DNA from: Octopus vulgaris
Lineage: Eukaryota
Reading direction: 5' to 3'
DNA length: 64,000 nt
NCBI GenBank assembly: GCA_951406725.2
Contig: OX597814.1
Location: forward strand, 27,962,001 to 28,026,000
Positions 13,371 through 27,734 of the stretch are shown one piece after another. The number at the start of each line of letters is the position of its first letter. Position 1 is the first letter of the stretch. The notes below the pieces were generated by a model. The model searched no databases, had not been told where the DNA came from, and saw only the letters and a program-made list of their open reading frames with translations. Position numbers and translations under genes: made by a program.

Positions 13371-14034
13371 AAACGTTTCACTTGAAAAGGTAAGTGAAAG
13401 TGACAAGAATCATAAAAGAATCATCCATAACTTGCAGTAAGCAACATTTATTAAAATAAAAGTATTCAGAACACAGAATAACATGTAAGAAAAACAATTT
13501 GCAAACATATTTACATTCCCATATAACAGTTGAGAACATCACCATTATTGTATTACGCATGCGCGGAAGTGTTTGTTCGACTAGGTGCTGCTGGCTTAAT
13601 TACGCACGGCTAAAGTTAGAAAAGGAATGCGTATTATACACAAGGTTTAGGTTTTTCAGAGGTACAGCCCCCTAAAAATCCCATGCGTATTATACTCAAG
13701 GACGGACTATACTCGAAGATTTACGGTAGTTAAAATGAACGGATCTGCTCTCAGAATACGCCTGTAGATTGAAGGAGGAGGATGAGGGAAGGGCACGTGC
13801 CCTAGTGGTCAAGGTGACCATAGTTTTGTGATGAGCGACTTCAGGAAATCCCCTCCTGCTTTGGGAAAATTTTCTTATTTCAACATTTTGTTTCTTTGGT
13901 TTCATTGTTACTCTTTACACGCCTTCGCGTAACCCCATACCATCTCATATTGCATATGTTCTTTGTGTAAACCCTTAGATGTTAATAAAGATCATCATTA
14001 GCATCTCTATTATTATTATTATTATTATTATTAA

Positions 14035-14101
<67 letters not shown>

Positions 14102-14104
<3 letters not shown>

Positions 14105-15381
14105 TAGTTTTATTTTTATAGCGTGCATTCACTTCACTACCGAGCGCAGCTCTGTGTGCCTTAGGTATGTGCTGTGATTTGTTGTGATGCTCTGATGGTT
14201 ATTGTATGGAAAGTGTTCTGCGTAGGATGTGTGCAGTGCCTAGTAGTGCAATTTTCTGTATGTTATATGTGTTTGTAAGTCCTGGTGTTTTTGTTATGTA
14301 TTTGTCTGAATATTTTTTTATCATGTCTAATACACCTACTATGATAGGAATTGTTTCTGTTTTTAGATTCCACATTCTGGTTACCTCTATTTCCAGGTCT
14401 TTGTATTTTGAAAGTTTCTCCATTTCTTTTAGAGACACGTTGTCATCTGCCGGTATTGATACATCAATTAGAAAGCATTTTTTTCTTCATGATCTCTGAC
14501 AACTATATCTGGTCTGTTGGCCTTAATTTCTCTATCTGTGTGTATCGGCATATCCCAGAGTATGGTTGCTTTCTCGTTTTCTGTGACCTTTTCTGGTGTG
14601 TGCCTATACCATCCTTTTTTCTGTTGTTATTCCATAATGTTGGCATAGCTTCCAGTGTATGTAGGTTCCAACTCTGTCATGTCTGTGAATATATTCCTTC
14701 TTAGCCAGGACTGGGCAGCCAGAGATAATATAATTTATTGTTTCTTGTCCATCTCCACATATTCTGCAGTTACTTGTTATATTTCTTTTCATTACATGTT
14801 TTTGGTAATTTCTGGTGGGGAGGCTTTGGTCTTGTGCTGCAATTAAAAATCCCTCTGTCTCTGCTTTGAGTCCTGAGCTTCTCAACCATTGCTGGGATTT
14901 TTCTTTGTCTATTTCTTTTGCGTTTAGTTTAGTCCAGTATTTACCTTGAAGGGGCTTTTCTTGCCATCGTTTTATCATGGTTCGTTGCTGTTCTATTTTT
15001 AGTTTGGATTTCATTTGTTTTATAGCTTTTGTTGTTTCTTCTTCTTCTTCTTCTTCTTCTTCTTCTTCTTCTTCTTCTTCTTCTTCTTCTTCTTCTTCTT
15101 CTTCTTCTTCTTCTTCTTCTTCTTCTTCTTCTTCTTCTTCTTCTTCTTCTTCTTCTTCTTCTTCTTCATATTTATTTGGTGGTATGATTTCTTGTTTGTA
15201 TTTGTCAGCTTCCTTAAATACTGAGAACTGAGTTTTTTGTTTTGCTCGTGTTTTGCCGCTATTTGTATCAGTTTTCCTTCCTTCTGAAGTAGATATTTTT
15301 GCAGTCCTATGGTGGTTATTTTATAGTAGTTTTCCAGCTGTATAAGGCCTCTACCACCTTCTAAACGTTGTATATATTGTC
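14102..15381 (-). mobile_element. Dong/R4-clade LINE, 5'-truncated and frameshifted
   Basis: GGRGLIQLE, CRICGDGQETINYIISGC knuckle, RHDRV, EKLSKYKDL restriction-like endonuclease end; (ATT)n on both flanks (14009-14101, 15382-15433). Confidence 0.92.
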
Positions 15382-15434
<53 letters not shown>

Positions 15435-15702
15435 TGATGAAAAAGTCGGCGAACTGGCAGAAACGTTAGCACGCTGGACGAAATGTTTAGCAGCATTTCG
15501 TCTGTTTTATGTTCTGAGTTCAAATTTTGCTGGGGTCAACTTTAACGAAAAGATAATGCACCAGTCAAAAACTGGGATCGATGGTATCCACTACTCCCCG
15601 TCCCTTAAATTGTTAGCCTTGTGCCTAATACGAAACCATTACCACCACTACCGCCACCTCCACCACCGCCACCTCAACTACCGCCACCTACTGCTGCTGC
15701 TG

Positions 15703-15755
<53 letters not shown>

Positions 15756-15903
15756 GTTGTTGTTGTTGATGTTGTTGTGAGTTCTGCCGAGGTCGACTCT
15801 ACCTTTCATTTTTTCGGAGTCGTTAAATTAAGTACCAGCTGCGCGCTGGAGTCGATCTAATCGACTGGACAAAATTTCAGACCTTGTTCTTATAATAGAA
15901 AGG

Positions 15904-16368
<465 letters not shown>

Positions 16369-17154
16369 CCATTTTTTTCCCCTTATGTATTTATTATGTT
16401 ATTTATTCATCAATGCATCACCTTCTTGCCAACATTCTTCATCATTCACTTGTTGCCATAACTGGCGGCATTGGCGGTAATGCTGGAAGTTCTTGCAGCG
16501 GTTGGAGGTAATTCATATATGTCTGTAAGAGGAGTAGGGGCAGGCGTTGTTGCTGGCAGAGAAATACTAAATATACTAGCAGAGCTACCATGTCGGTAAT
16601 TGTCATGGTGCAGAAATCCCGAGTCTAGAGACCCGTTAACTATATATAGATTTTATGACGTCATAACACTCGTAAGAAACCCACGCATTTTTGGTACTGT
16701 TAGAATATATGATATGGCGAGTAAAAGAGAGTGGATGTATGCGTGCGCGCACTGGTGTGTGTGTGCGGCGACGGGGAGAGGATTTAATGGTGTTGAGTAA
16801 AGGGAGGGGTGAGTGGCTGGAAGGTAGAAATAGGAATTGGTTATATTTATGTATCTAGGTATGTCTAGGTATGTCTCTCTCTCTTCCTCCGTCTCATTCT
16901 CTCTCTCTCTCCCTCTCTCTCTCTCTCTACACACACACACATATATATATATATATACGAGTTTGTGTTTGTGTGTATACACATGTTTTGTGTAATCCTA
17001 CGTTCTTTTTCATTAATCTACTAAAATATGAATATACAATTTTTTTGTATATATATGCATAGATACATAAATACTTAGATACATATTTACATACATACAT
17101 TCATGCATGCGTACTTACGTAGACAAATGTGTTTGCGTGTGTGTGTCCGTGTCC

Positions 17155-17208
<54 letters not shown>

Positions 17209-17288
17209 CTTTCTTTCCTTTCCTGAGCGTCCAGCAACACTATACTTGTTCCACGTCCTCACGTTGTTGTGTTTTCATGTTTGGATTA

Positions 17289-17325
<37 letters not shown>

Positions 17326-17329
17326 TCGC

Positions 17330-17408
<79 letters not shown>

Positions 17409-17415
17409 AGGTGGA

Positions 17416-17585
17416 ACGTAGCGGTCTGCTGCTACGTTCTGAGTTCAAATTCCGCCGAGGTCGACTTTGTCTTTCATCCTTTCGGAGTCGATAAATTAAG
17501 TACTATTTGCATACTGGGAGCGATTTAATGCACAGGCCCCCTCCCCCAAAATTTCGAGCCTTGTGCTTACAGCAGAAAATATTAT
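17416..17585 (+). mobile_element. SINE family B, 5'-truncated
   Basis: TTCTGAGTTCAAATTCCGCCGAGGTCGAC...CCCCCAAAATTTCG. Confidence 0.8.
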
Positions 17586-17645
17586 AGTCCAAGTTCTGCC
17601 TCTGAGTGCCACAGGGTCGTCCAGGCAAGTTACGATTCGTCTATA

Positions 17646-18508
17646 CGAGGCCTAATCAATAAGTATCCGGACTGTAGCCATAGTAACAAAGCTATAGCAC
17701 GCGGAGTGAAGCTGATTGACACAGATAGATCTTAAACTCTGCTGTGCATGCGCACTAAGCTTTAGCGTTGTAGCTTACTTCCGCTGTTTACAACAGTGCT
17801 TGGAAGGAATGTTTGTAGCGTGTGATCGTTGCATTGACCATGTCAGAGAAAGATGTCATGGCAATACTTACTCAGAAGCCAACGCAAAGTTACAGAAAAT
17901 TAATGGAGAGGTGTGCCTGAGCCGCACACAAATGTATAATTGTCGAAAAATGTCAATATTGACGAACGCTCTGGGAGTCCCGCAAGCAGCAGAACTGAGG
18001 AAGACATCGCAGATGTGTGTGCAGCTGTGGGGAGAAATCATTAGATTACCCTCCGTGAGTTATCAGAGGATCTGTAGGTTAGTAAAGGTTCAGCTCAGTC
18101 CATTATCGCTGAAGATTTGGGTATGAGACGCGTGTCTGACAAGTTTGTGCCAAAACTGTTTTCAGCGCACCAAAAAGACACTCGGGTTTCAGTTGCACAA
18201 GATCTCTTTGATTGTGTTGAGAACGATTAAAACTTTTTTGAAAACTTTGCGTAGGCCTCTGAGCAGGTATAGCCACGCTTTTGGCAAAATTTGATGCAGA
18301 TTCTCTGCTCAACTTTCTGCCATAGTCAATTCGATGATCACACGCTACACACCTTCCTTCTAAGCACTGCTGTAAACAGCGGAAGTGAGCTAGAACGTTA
18401 AAACTTGCACAACAGAGATTGAGGTCAATCTATGCCAAGCGGTTTCATTCTGTGTGCTTTAGCTTCGTTACTATGGCAACAGTCCGGATACTTATTGATT
18501 AGAACACG
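17646..18508 (+). mobile_element. mariner-derived non-autonomous element with long inverted arms
   Basis: TA-flanked; termini CGAGGCCTAATCAATAAGTATCCGGACTG / CAGTCCGGATACTTATTGATTAGAACACG; transposase remnants CLSRTQMY and EDLGMRRVSDKFVPKL. Confidence 0.85.
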
Positions 18509-18558
18509 TACATCTATCTATCTATCTATCTATCTATCATCATCTATCTATATCTATC

Positions 18559-18596
<38 letters not shown>

Positions 18597-18602
18597 TGTA
18601 AA

Positions 18603-18852
18603 GGAAAGCGTGTAGTTTAGTGATTAGGTCTCCGGCTCACGATGATAAGGTCACGGCGCGTTGTGTCCTTGAGCAAGACAATTTATTTCACGTTGCTCCA
18701 GTCCTTCCATGGGCTAGCCTTGTCACATTCCGTGTCACACTGAATCCACCTGAGAACTACGTTGAGGGTCCTCAGCCACTTGCACATTAATTTTGCCAGC
18801 AGCTAGTTCCGTTGAACTGGATCTCTCGTCGTCGTAACCGACGGAGTACCAG
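18603..18852 (+). mobile_element. Diverged SINE with family D-like core and family C-like 3' end
   Basis: GTGTCCTTGAGCAAGACAATTTATTTCACGTTG followed by CCTTGTCAC...GTCGTAACCGACGGAGT. Confidence 0.65.
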
Positions 18853-18983
18853 TATATATAGATTGTGTTACGTCCTATAGTCTTTGAGCCCGAGATTTCT
18901 GCGCCATGACGATTGCTGCCATGAATATATGCGTGCGTATGTGTGTATATGTGTGTGCGTATGTGTGTGTTTATGTGTGTATG

Positions 18984-19017
<34 letters not shown>

Positions 19018-19520
19018 TGTATGTATGTATGTATGTATGTATGTATGTATGTATGTATCTCTCTCTATCTCTCTACACACACACATACGCGCACACTTAC
19101 ATACATATGTCTGTGTACGTCTATACACGCATACACGGTAAACTTCTATGCAGCTCTCATTTGCTAAAATCCAGTTCAGAGATACTGGTAAGCTGACTTT
19201 TTTGGTGGAGATACCAAACGTATGCTATGCAGTCGTACCACAGGCGAACAATGAAGGATGATTGGTGTGTTGAACGACTGATGAGTTGATTATAGCGAGG
19301 AAGAGTTGCGCAACTTGTCTCCCCTCCAAGTCTAGTGGTAGAAAGAAACGACGAGATGACTTGGAGAAAGGTCAGATGCAGGAGGAGTGTTGCCATGCTC
19401 CATGCGAACCATATCACTAGCAATAAACCACCGTCTTGACAGTTGGGTCGAAATGGAGTCTCTCTGTGACATACAAGTATACATACACATATACACATAT
19501 ACACTCTGATTTATATAACA

Positions 19521-19927
19521 CTAGCAGCTAAGCCCGGTTTCACCCGGTCTGTTTGGATGATGTGGCTATGATCGTTTTCGGTTAGGCATAATCTAACTGC
19601 GTTTCTCAACCTTATCATTTTGGGTCCCCTATTTTGATTGGAGCCTCCAGCTGTATGAAAATTTCTTGGCCCCACCCCGTCAGAAAACAGCTTCTAAGCA
19701 ACTGGTTGCTTTAATGGCTGAAGAAAGAAGGGGAATTCCATTAGAAAAAGTTTTAATCGATTTTCTCGGTAAGTCTTGGGGCTAGAAAAAAAATACAAAT
19801 CGCATTCCAATCTATGCACCCGTCTGTACATGTGTACATGTGTGAATCCACCCAGCCGTTTGGCTATGAATCTCAAGACAAGAAAGAATACAGCGATCGG
19901 CCATGTCCAATTTATATTATATATTAG
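19521..19927 (-). mobile_element. Non-autonomous Helitron-like element
   Basis: Minus strand ends with a CCGG..CCGG hairpin then CTAG|T; 5' end CTAATATATAAT is degenerate. Confidence 0.55.
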
Positions 19928-20685
19928 CTTAAAAGCCGCAATCCGTGCGGACTTTTGGGCTGGCTCTTTCGGAGGGCTAATTGGGTCTGCGGCCTAACTA
20001 AAGGAAGCTAAATAGCATGACTATAATACGTCTATAATGAATATATGCCCTATTAGTATTTTAGCAAAGGTTAAGGACGGATGATAATTAATTCTGTAAT
20101 GCAATCATTCTATTGTTCCAGTCCCAAGTTGAATTCCAGCTGTTGGCCAATTGACCCAAAATTCTTATCTCGACGTAAAATTAACGAAGTGAGTGTCATT
20201 TATCTCCCCTTTGATCTCTGACGTCATCTGACAAACGCCAACCAAGATGGCGTAAATCAGTGGAGTTTGCCTGCTAGAAATAGCAACCCAAATGCTTTTA
20301 AATCAGATCCCAATGTTGGATGTTCGAGAACCAAATGAAGGGCTGATTTTCAATCCTGGGATCATCCTGATCCCAAAATGTATAATCTCTATGTAGATTA
20401 AATGTAGACTGGGATACTGGGGTCCTAGACGGACAGACATAATTTCGCTGTTATTAATATATATATACATATGAACACACACACACATACACATGCACAC
20501 ACACATACACATGCATACACACATATATACATACAACACACACGCACGCGCGCGCACGTAAACTTTCATATGGAAAGTTCTATCCGATTGAACTTTCCAT
20601 ATCTATCAACGTAAACATTTTCACTCATAACGCCTGTATGCTCTGAAAACGTAACTTTCCCAAACAAATTGCTCTTCATATTCAA

Positions 20686-20766
20686 AGCTCTGAAGAAGCT
20701 ATACGATGATATCCTGGTACTCAACAAAGAGTCCAACACGTCTTATAGCAGAAACAGCTATAAGCT
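20686..20766 (+). ncRNA. Minimal type-I hammerhead ribozyme motif
   Basis: AGCT CTGAAGA a GCTATA-40 nt-TATAGC a GAAA CAGCTA TA AGCT; about 55 nt upstream of (TA)n. Confidence 0.62.
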
Positions 20767-20815
20767 AATGAAGTTCATTACATAACATTTGGTTTTTCTG
20801 GTGTTATCTCCATGT

Positions 20816-20866
<51 letters not shown>

Positions 20867-21135
20867 TATGCATACATACGTACACACGCACACAAACACG
20901 CACACACAGAGACACACACGCGTGCGCACGCACACACAGAGACACACGCGCGTGCGCACGCACACACAGAGACACACGCGCGTGCGCACGCACACACAGG
21001 GACACACGCGCGTGCGCACGCACACACAGAGACACACACACACACGCGTGCACGCACACAAACATGCACACATGTGCATGTATATATATATGTATATATA
21101 TATATATATATACACATATATATATACATATATAT

Positions 21136-21198
<63 letters not shown>

Positions 21199-21231
21199 TG
21201 TATGTATGTATGTATGTATGTATGTATGTAT

Positions 21232-21712
21232 AAAGCCTTGAAACTCTACTCTCTCCAGCGCCGCCACGAGTGGTACATCATTTGTACGATGTGGAGAATA
21301 TACCGCTAGCATTGCCCAAACGACCTGAACATTGGTTTCAAGGTTCATCCAAGGCTGGGACCACGGGCCATACGTCCCCTGACCAATTCGGGATCACAAC
21401 ATAAAGGTACACTGCGATACAATTTCTTTTCCTCAACAGGCCCTGCCTTGTTTAACATTGTCCCAAAACTGACCAAAGAGGGAAAGGATCCCATCACCCT
21501 TAAACGGAGTCTAGATAGATTTCTTCAAGGAATACCGGATAAGCCACCCATACCTGGATACAACACACCACACTCAACAAGAACTCACCACTTGAATGGA
21601 CCATAAGCAAAACTTGACTTAAACAGGATTTAGATAATCCAATCAGGTGGTGCTATTTAGTTAGACATGACCTGGACTAATCTTTGGTCGAAACATATCC
21701 AAGTTTTATCTA

Positions 21713-21717
<5 letters not shown>
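21232..21717 (+). mobile_element. CR1-clade LINE 3' end (second family)
   Basis: [15 protein letters not shown]...FSSTGPALFNIVP...LKRSLDRFLQGIPDKP, one stop; ATCYAAGTTT tandem tail. Confidence 0.82.
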
Positions 21718-21773
<56 letters not shown>

Positions 21774-22259
21774 TCAAATGTGAATTAGAAGCAGCTCGAG
21801 ATATATGACTATAGTGTGATGCTTCTCACTTCGAGAAGGGACCTGATTTGACTTATCTCCCTTGCCTATGACTTACTTTCAGATGTTTTTTGACACCAGG
21901 CGCGCATTGAGAAATATATTCTATTATGCCTAAAACGCAACTGACCCACGAACTAATAACACACACACACACCCTGTGTATGTGTTCGATTTTCTTTTAT
22001 ATACACTCACATGCACACACACTAACACACACACACATATGTCTACATATATCTATATATATCTATTTTTTATTCTTTTACTTGTTTCAGTCATTAGACT
22101 GAGGCCATGCTGGAGCACATATGTGTGTATGCATTTATGTATATATGGTTGTGTATGCATGTATGTATGTGTATATATTTGTGTGTGTGTGTGTTTGCTG
22201 TCTTGAGTTCTTTAGGCCAGCTGCTTTATCTTTCACATAGATAGATAGCAAGGTACCTG

Positions 22260-22343
<84 letters not shown>

Positions 22344-22474
22344 CAGATAGATAGATAGATAGATAAACAGACAGACTGACAGACTGATACACCCGCCGCC
22401 AACAGATGCTCATGTTGAGGCACACAATATGAGGTAAACATCAAGTGTGGTGCACACCTTAGTAATTAACAAAT

Positions 22475-23124
22475 GGATGGAAGCACTCAGTCGGTTACAA
22501 CGACGAGGGTTCCGGTTGATCCGAATCAACGGAACAGCCTGCTCGTGAAATTAACGTGTAAGTGGCTGAGCACTCCACAGACACGTGTACCCTTAACGTA
22601 GTTCTTGGGGATATTCAGCGTGACACAGAGAGTGACAAGGCCGGCCCTTTGAAATACAGATACAACAGAAACAGGAAGTAAGAGTGAGAGAAAGTTGTGG
22701 CGAAAGAGTACAGCAGGGATCACCACCATCCCCTGCCGGAGCCTCGTGGAGCTTTTAGGTCTTTTCGCTCAATAAACACTCACAACGCCCGGTCTGGGAA
22801 TCGAAACCGCGATCCTATGACCGCGAGTCCGCTGCCCTAGCCACTGGGCCTTAACGTAGTTCTCGGGGATATTCAGCGTGACATAGAGAGTGACAAGGCC
22901 GGCCCTTTGAAATACAGGTACAACAGAAACAGGAAGTAAGAGTGAGAGAAAGTTGTGGTGAAAGAGTACAGCAGGGATCACCGCCATCCCCTGCCGGAGC
23001 CTCGTGGAGCTTTTAGGGTGTTTTCGCTCAATAACACTCACAATGCCCGGTCTGGGAATCGAAACCGCGATCCTATGACCGCGAGTCCGCTGCCCTAACC
23101 ACTCGGGCCATTGCGCCTCCACCC
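22475..23124 (-). mobile_element. SINE family C partial dimer
   Basis: 3'-truncated copy fused at about 22850 to a near-complete copy; single TSD ATTAACAAAT (22465-22474, 23125-23134). Confidence 0.9.
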
Positions 23125-23529
23125 ATTAACAAATACTGTGGCCATGATACGGGAAGGAATTTTTACCTCCTGCATTAAATTAGACATTGTTAGAATAAAG
23201 AACGCATTTTCCACATTGTTAACAGGCCACTATACGTGAAAACGCGTGGGAATACAGCCACCTTCAAATACCAGCAAACGTCACTGAACTACGCTTTCGT
23301 CATGAACTTGAAACCAGCCAGGCAACCATTGCTCCATCTTAAAACCTAAGGAAGAGCGTGGGCACAATTTTACAAGATTTGTGCGCGCGCGCGCGTGTGT
23401 GTGTGCATGCTTATTTGGTAGAATGTATATTTATTTGTACGCATGTATACATGTATTTTTCTATGAATGTATATGTTTCTCTCTGTCTCTTTTTTTTACT
23501 CTCTCTCATTCTCACTCATTCTCTCTCTC

Positions 23530-23566
<37 letters not shown>

Positions 23567-23567
23567 G

Positions 23568-23753
23568 TAGGCGCGGCTGTGTGGTAAGAAGTTTGCTTCC
23601 CAGCCACATGGTTCCGGGTTCAGTCCTACTGCGTGGCACTTTGGGCAAGTGTCTTCTACTACAGCCTCGGGCCGACCAAAGCCTTGTGAGTGGATTTGAT
23701 CGACAGAAACTGAAAGAAACCCGTCGTGTGTGTGTGTGTCTGTGTGTGTGTGT

Positions 23754-23825
<72 letters not shown>

Positions 23826-24040
23826 TAGTGTCTGTGTTTCTCCTCCACTACCGCTTGACAACCTGTGATTATTTTGTTTACTTCTTGTAACTTAGTGTTT
23901 CGGCAAAAAGAGACCGATAGAATAAGTACCATGCTTAAGAAAAGAAATAACGACTGAGGCCGATTCATTCAACTAAGAAATTCTTCAAGGTGGTGCCACC
24001 ACCATAGCTACAGTCTAAATGACTAAAAAAAAGTAAAAGG
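23568..24040 (+). mobile_element. SINE family A, diverged
   Basis: Family A head, core and tail with internal (TG)n. Confidence 0.82.
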
Positions 24041-24079
24041 CAAAGATGCGCGCGCGCGCACACACACACACATACAAAC

Positions 24080-24145
<66 letters not shown>

Positions 24146-24146
<1 letters not shown>

Positions 24147-24396
24147 TTTTATTCTTTTATTTCTTTCAGTAATTTCACGGCAGTCATGCTGGAGCACCGC
24201 CTTCAGTCGAACAATTCACCCTCATGACATATTCTTTGGAAGCCTTGTACTTATTCTATCGCTCTCTTTTGCCGAACCGCCAGGTTTCAGGGACTTAAAC
24301 ACGCCAACATCCGTTGTCAAATTTTGACGGTGTGGGAAGAAACGCAGACACACAAACATATAGATACACACACACACACAGACACACAGACACACA

Positions 24397-24473
<77 letters not shown>

Positions 24474-24635
24474 ACACACATATATATACGACGGGCTTCT
24501 TCCTGTTTCTGTCAACCAAATCCACTCACAAGGTTTTGGTCGGCCCAAGGCTATAGTAGAAGAGACTTGTCCAAGGTGCCACGCAGTGGGACTGAACCCG
24601 GAACCACGTGGTTGGGAAGCAAACTTCTCACCACA
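24146..24635 (-). mobile_element. SINE family A, diverged
   Basis: Reverse-complement copy with internal (CA)n. Confidence 0.82.
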
Positions 24636-24749
24636 TGCTGGGTATACTGCTTTTTGTATGTTTCTATGTACGTGTCTATGTATATCTATATCTGTCTATG
24701 CACGCGCGTACACACACACACATTAATTCATACGTGCATACTACATCAA

Positions 24750-25217
24750 TACATAAATACATACATCAATACATACATACATACATACATACATACATAC
24801 ATACATACATGAATACATACATACATACATACATACATACATACATGAATACATACATACATACATACATACATACATGAATACATACATACATACATAC
24901 ATACATGAATACATACATGAATACATACATACATACATACATACATACATACATACATACATACATACATACATACATACATACATACATACATGAATAC
25001 ATACAAACATACATACATACATACATACATGAATACATACATACATACATGAATGCATACATACATACATACATACATCAATACATACATACATACATGA
25101 ATGCATACATACATACATACATACATACATACATACATACATACATACATACATACATACATACATACATACATACATACATACATACATACATACATAC
25201 ATGAATGCATACATACA

Positions 25218-25251
<34 letters not shown>

Positions 25252-25265
25252 CATACATACATACA

Positions 25266-25312
<47 letters not shown>
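24750..25312. repeat. (CATA)n microsatellite
   Basis: Direct repeats with CATGAATA variants. Confidence 0.95.
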
Positions 25313-25315
<3 letters not shown>

Positions 25316-25768
25316 TATTCATGTGTATGTGTTTCTGTGTCTGTGTGCCTGTGTATAATCAGAAAATATTTAATTACATAGTTTCATGCAGATATCACTG
25401 CGGTCTTCAGGGATCCAGTCTTATAGCAATAAATACACTGTTACAAAACACTTCACAGCTTACATAACGAGTCTCTGCTACACATGTCTTAATCTAACTA
25501 TTCAGAGCATATCTGTCAATCTCTGACTGCACCGGTGAGATTGTGTGTATGATTATTTAATTGCGTGACACAGAAGCCGCAACTGAAAGGAATACTCTTT
25601 TCAGTCATTGACCTCACTTGTTATTTATATCTGTTATGAAGGTTCTCATATTTTTATATACGAGTAGCAATTACTTTTTATATTGATTGCATGCCCATTC
25701 TTACATATATTTCTATTTTATCTCTTCCTTATTTCCTCTCGGGTTTCCTTTCTTCTCCTCTCTTTGCA

Positions 25769-25769
<1 letters not shown>

Positions 25770-25819
<50 letters not shown>

Positions 25820-25882
25820 GCATGTATGTACATATGAGTACATATATATATATATGTATATATACATGTATATATACGTATA

Positions 25883-25922
<40 letters not shown>

Positions 25923-26179
25923 TATACATATATACATACATATACATATATATACACATATATATACATACATGCATACATATATAGATATGTACATACA
26001 TGCATATATATATATATGCATGTATGTACATATGTATATATATATATATATATATATACATATATATACATATATACATACATATACATATATATATACA
26101 CATATATATATATACATACATGCATACATATATAGATATGTACATACATGCATATATATATATATATGCAAGTATGTAC

Positions 26180-26225
<46 letters not shown>
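25770..26225. repeat. (TA)n/(CATA)n compound microsatellite with internal duplication
   Basis: TACATACATGCATACATATATAGATATGTACATACATG occurs twice. Confidence 0.92.
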
Positions 26226-27653
26226 TGAGCGAAGCGAAATATGTCAGTGTCCGGTGACATGTTTTTGAGTAGCATAGACAAATAGAGGTATATCAAATAC
26301 CACAACCGTTAAATTCTTGATCCATTATAATTATCTCCGCCTCTGGGTGATGTGTCATGCTTATTAAATGGCAATTAAGACTCACTCCGTATAAGAAGTA
26401 GCAATAATTTCAAAACTCAAGTATGCTTCATAGCTATCATGTCATTCAAGAAAAGGACAAGGCTTTTGTCTGTCGAAAAGAGGATAATTGCCCTGTTTCT
26501 ACCTCAGTAGGCGTCATCAGCACCACAGCTGTCCGCTCTTATACCTACTGATCTAGTGTCTTAGACTTATACAAAAAAGAGTAGAACGCATTTGTGGTCT
26601 CTCTCTCTTTATTCTCTTTTAATTGTTTCAGTCATTTGACTGCGGCCATGCTGGAGCACCGCCTTTATTCGAGCAAATCGACCCCGGGACTTATTCTTTG
26701 TAAGCCCAGTACTTATTCTATCGGTCTCTTTTGCCGAACCGCTAAGTATATACTTTACATTCATGTTTACTTATCTAGTTTGTTTTTTTGTGTTGCGTAG
26801 TGTAGCACTCTTCAGTTGCCTCTTTTTGCAAGTGCATAGTGAGCCAGCCCAGCTCACATGGAAACTATAACAGTTAGAGTCGTGAAGTTTACAAATTTCA
26901 CGTTTGCAATCACTAAAAAGGGCTACTATTGATAAAGCTGGATGCTGGACTATATAACTAAGACCTTCTCAATCAGCCGAACAGGTATCTTTTGGATGGT
27001 CTAACATATCTGTGCGTGTAGTTGCCACATCCGTCTTGTACCGGTGAAGGTAGTTTTCCTGTGCGCATCTTACTTCAGCTGTCACATTTTCCTCAAACCC
27101 AAAATTTTGAATTCGTAGTGAACATGTAATAGTTGATTGCACGGCCTTGGGCCGACGAAAGCCTTTTGAGTGGATTTGGAAGAGAAACGGAAATAAGCCT
27201 GTCCTATATATGTGTGTATGTGTGTGTTTGCTTAAGTGTATGTATGTACGAGTGTACGTGTGTTTGTATCTGTGCTTGTCCATTTAACAAGCCGGTGTTG
27301 GTGTGTTTACATTCCTGTAACATAGTTGTTCTTGAAAAGAGACCAATGGAATTGGTATCAAACTTTAAAAAATAAGTACTGGGGACCATTCGTTCAACTA
27401 AAATTCTTTGAGACAGCATTCCAGGATGGCCGCAGAGCAATGAAGCAAGATAAACGATAAAAGATATTTGGAATTGCTATTCAAAACATGAGAGAATAAA
27501 ACTAAATTTGGTAAATCCTAAACCCCGTAGGGGACTTTGTCATCAGTCGATCAAGAATTTACAACAAGGAGTGAGAGTAATTCATTATAATGCTGAACGT
27601 AAAATTGGTTTGAAAAACACTTGTTGTCAGCGCTTTAATTTTATATAGAATTG

Positions 27654-27734
<81 letters not shown>

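Noticed and set aside
13600-13730. Possible Tc2/pogo-type terminus ...TATACTCGAAGATTTACGGTA
   Set aside because: No matching opposite TIR found.
19276-19302. CTGATGA as a hammerhead core
   Set aside because: No GAAA or stem III downstream.
25374-25413. Minus-strand CTGAAGA..GCAG/CTGC..GAAACTATGTA
   Set aside because: Core is present but stem I does not pair; at best a relic.
26485-26527. Minus-strand CTGATGA c GCCT actg AGGT a GAAAC
   Set aside because: Lacks the UH cleavage triplet; a probable relic, not called.
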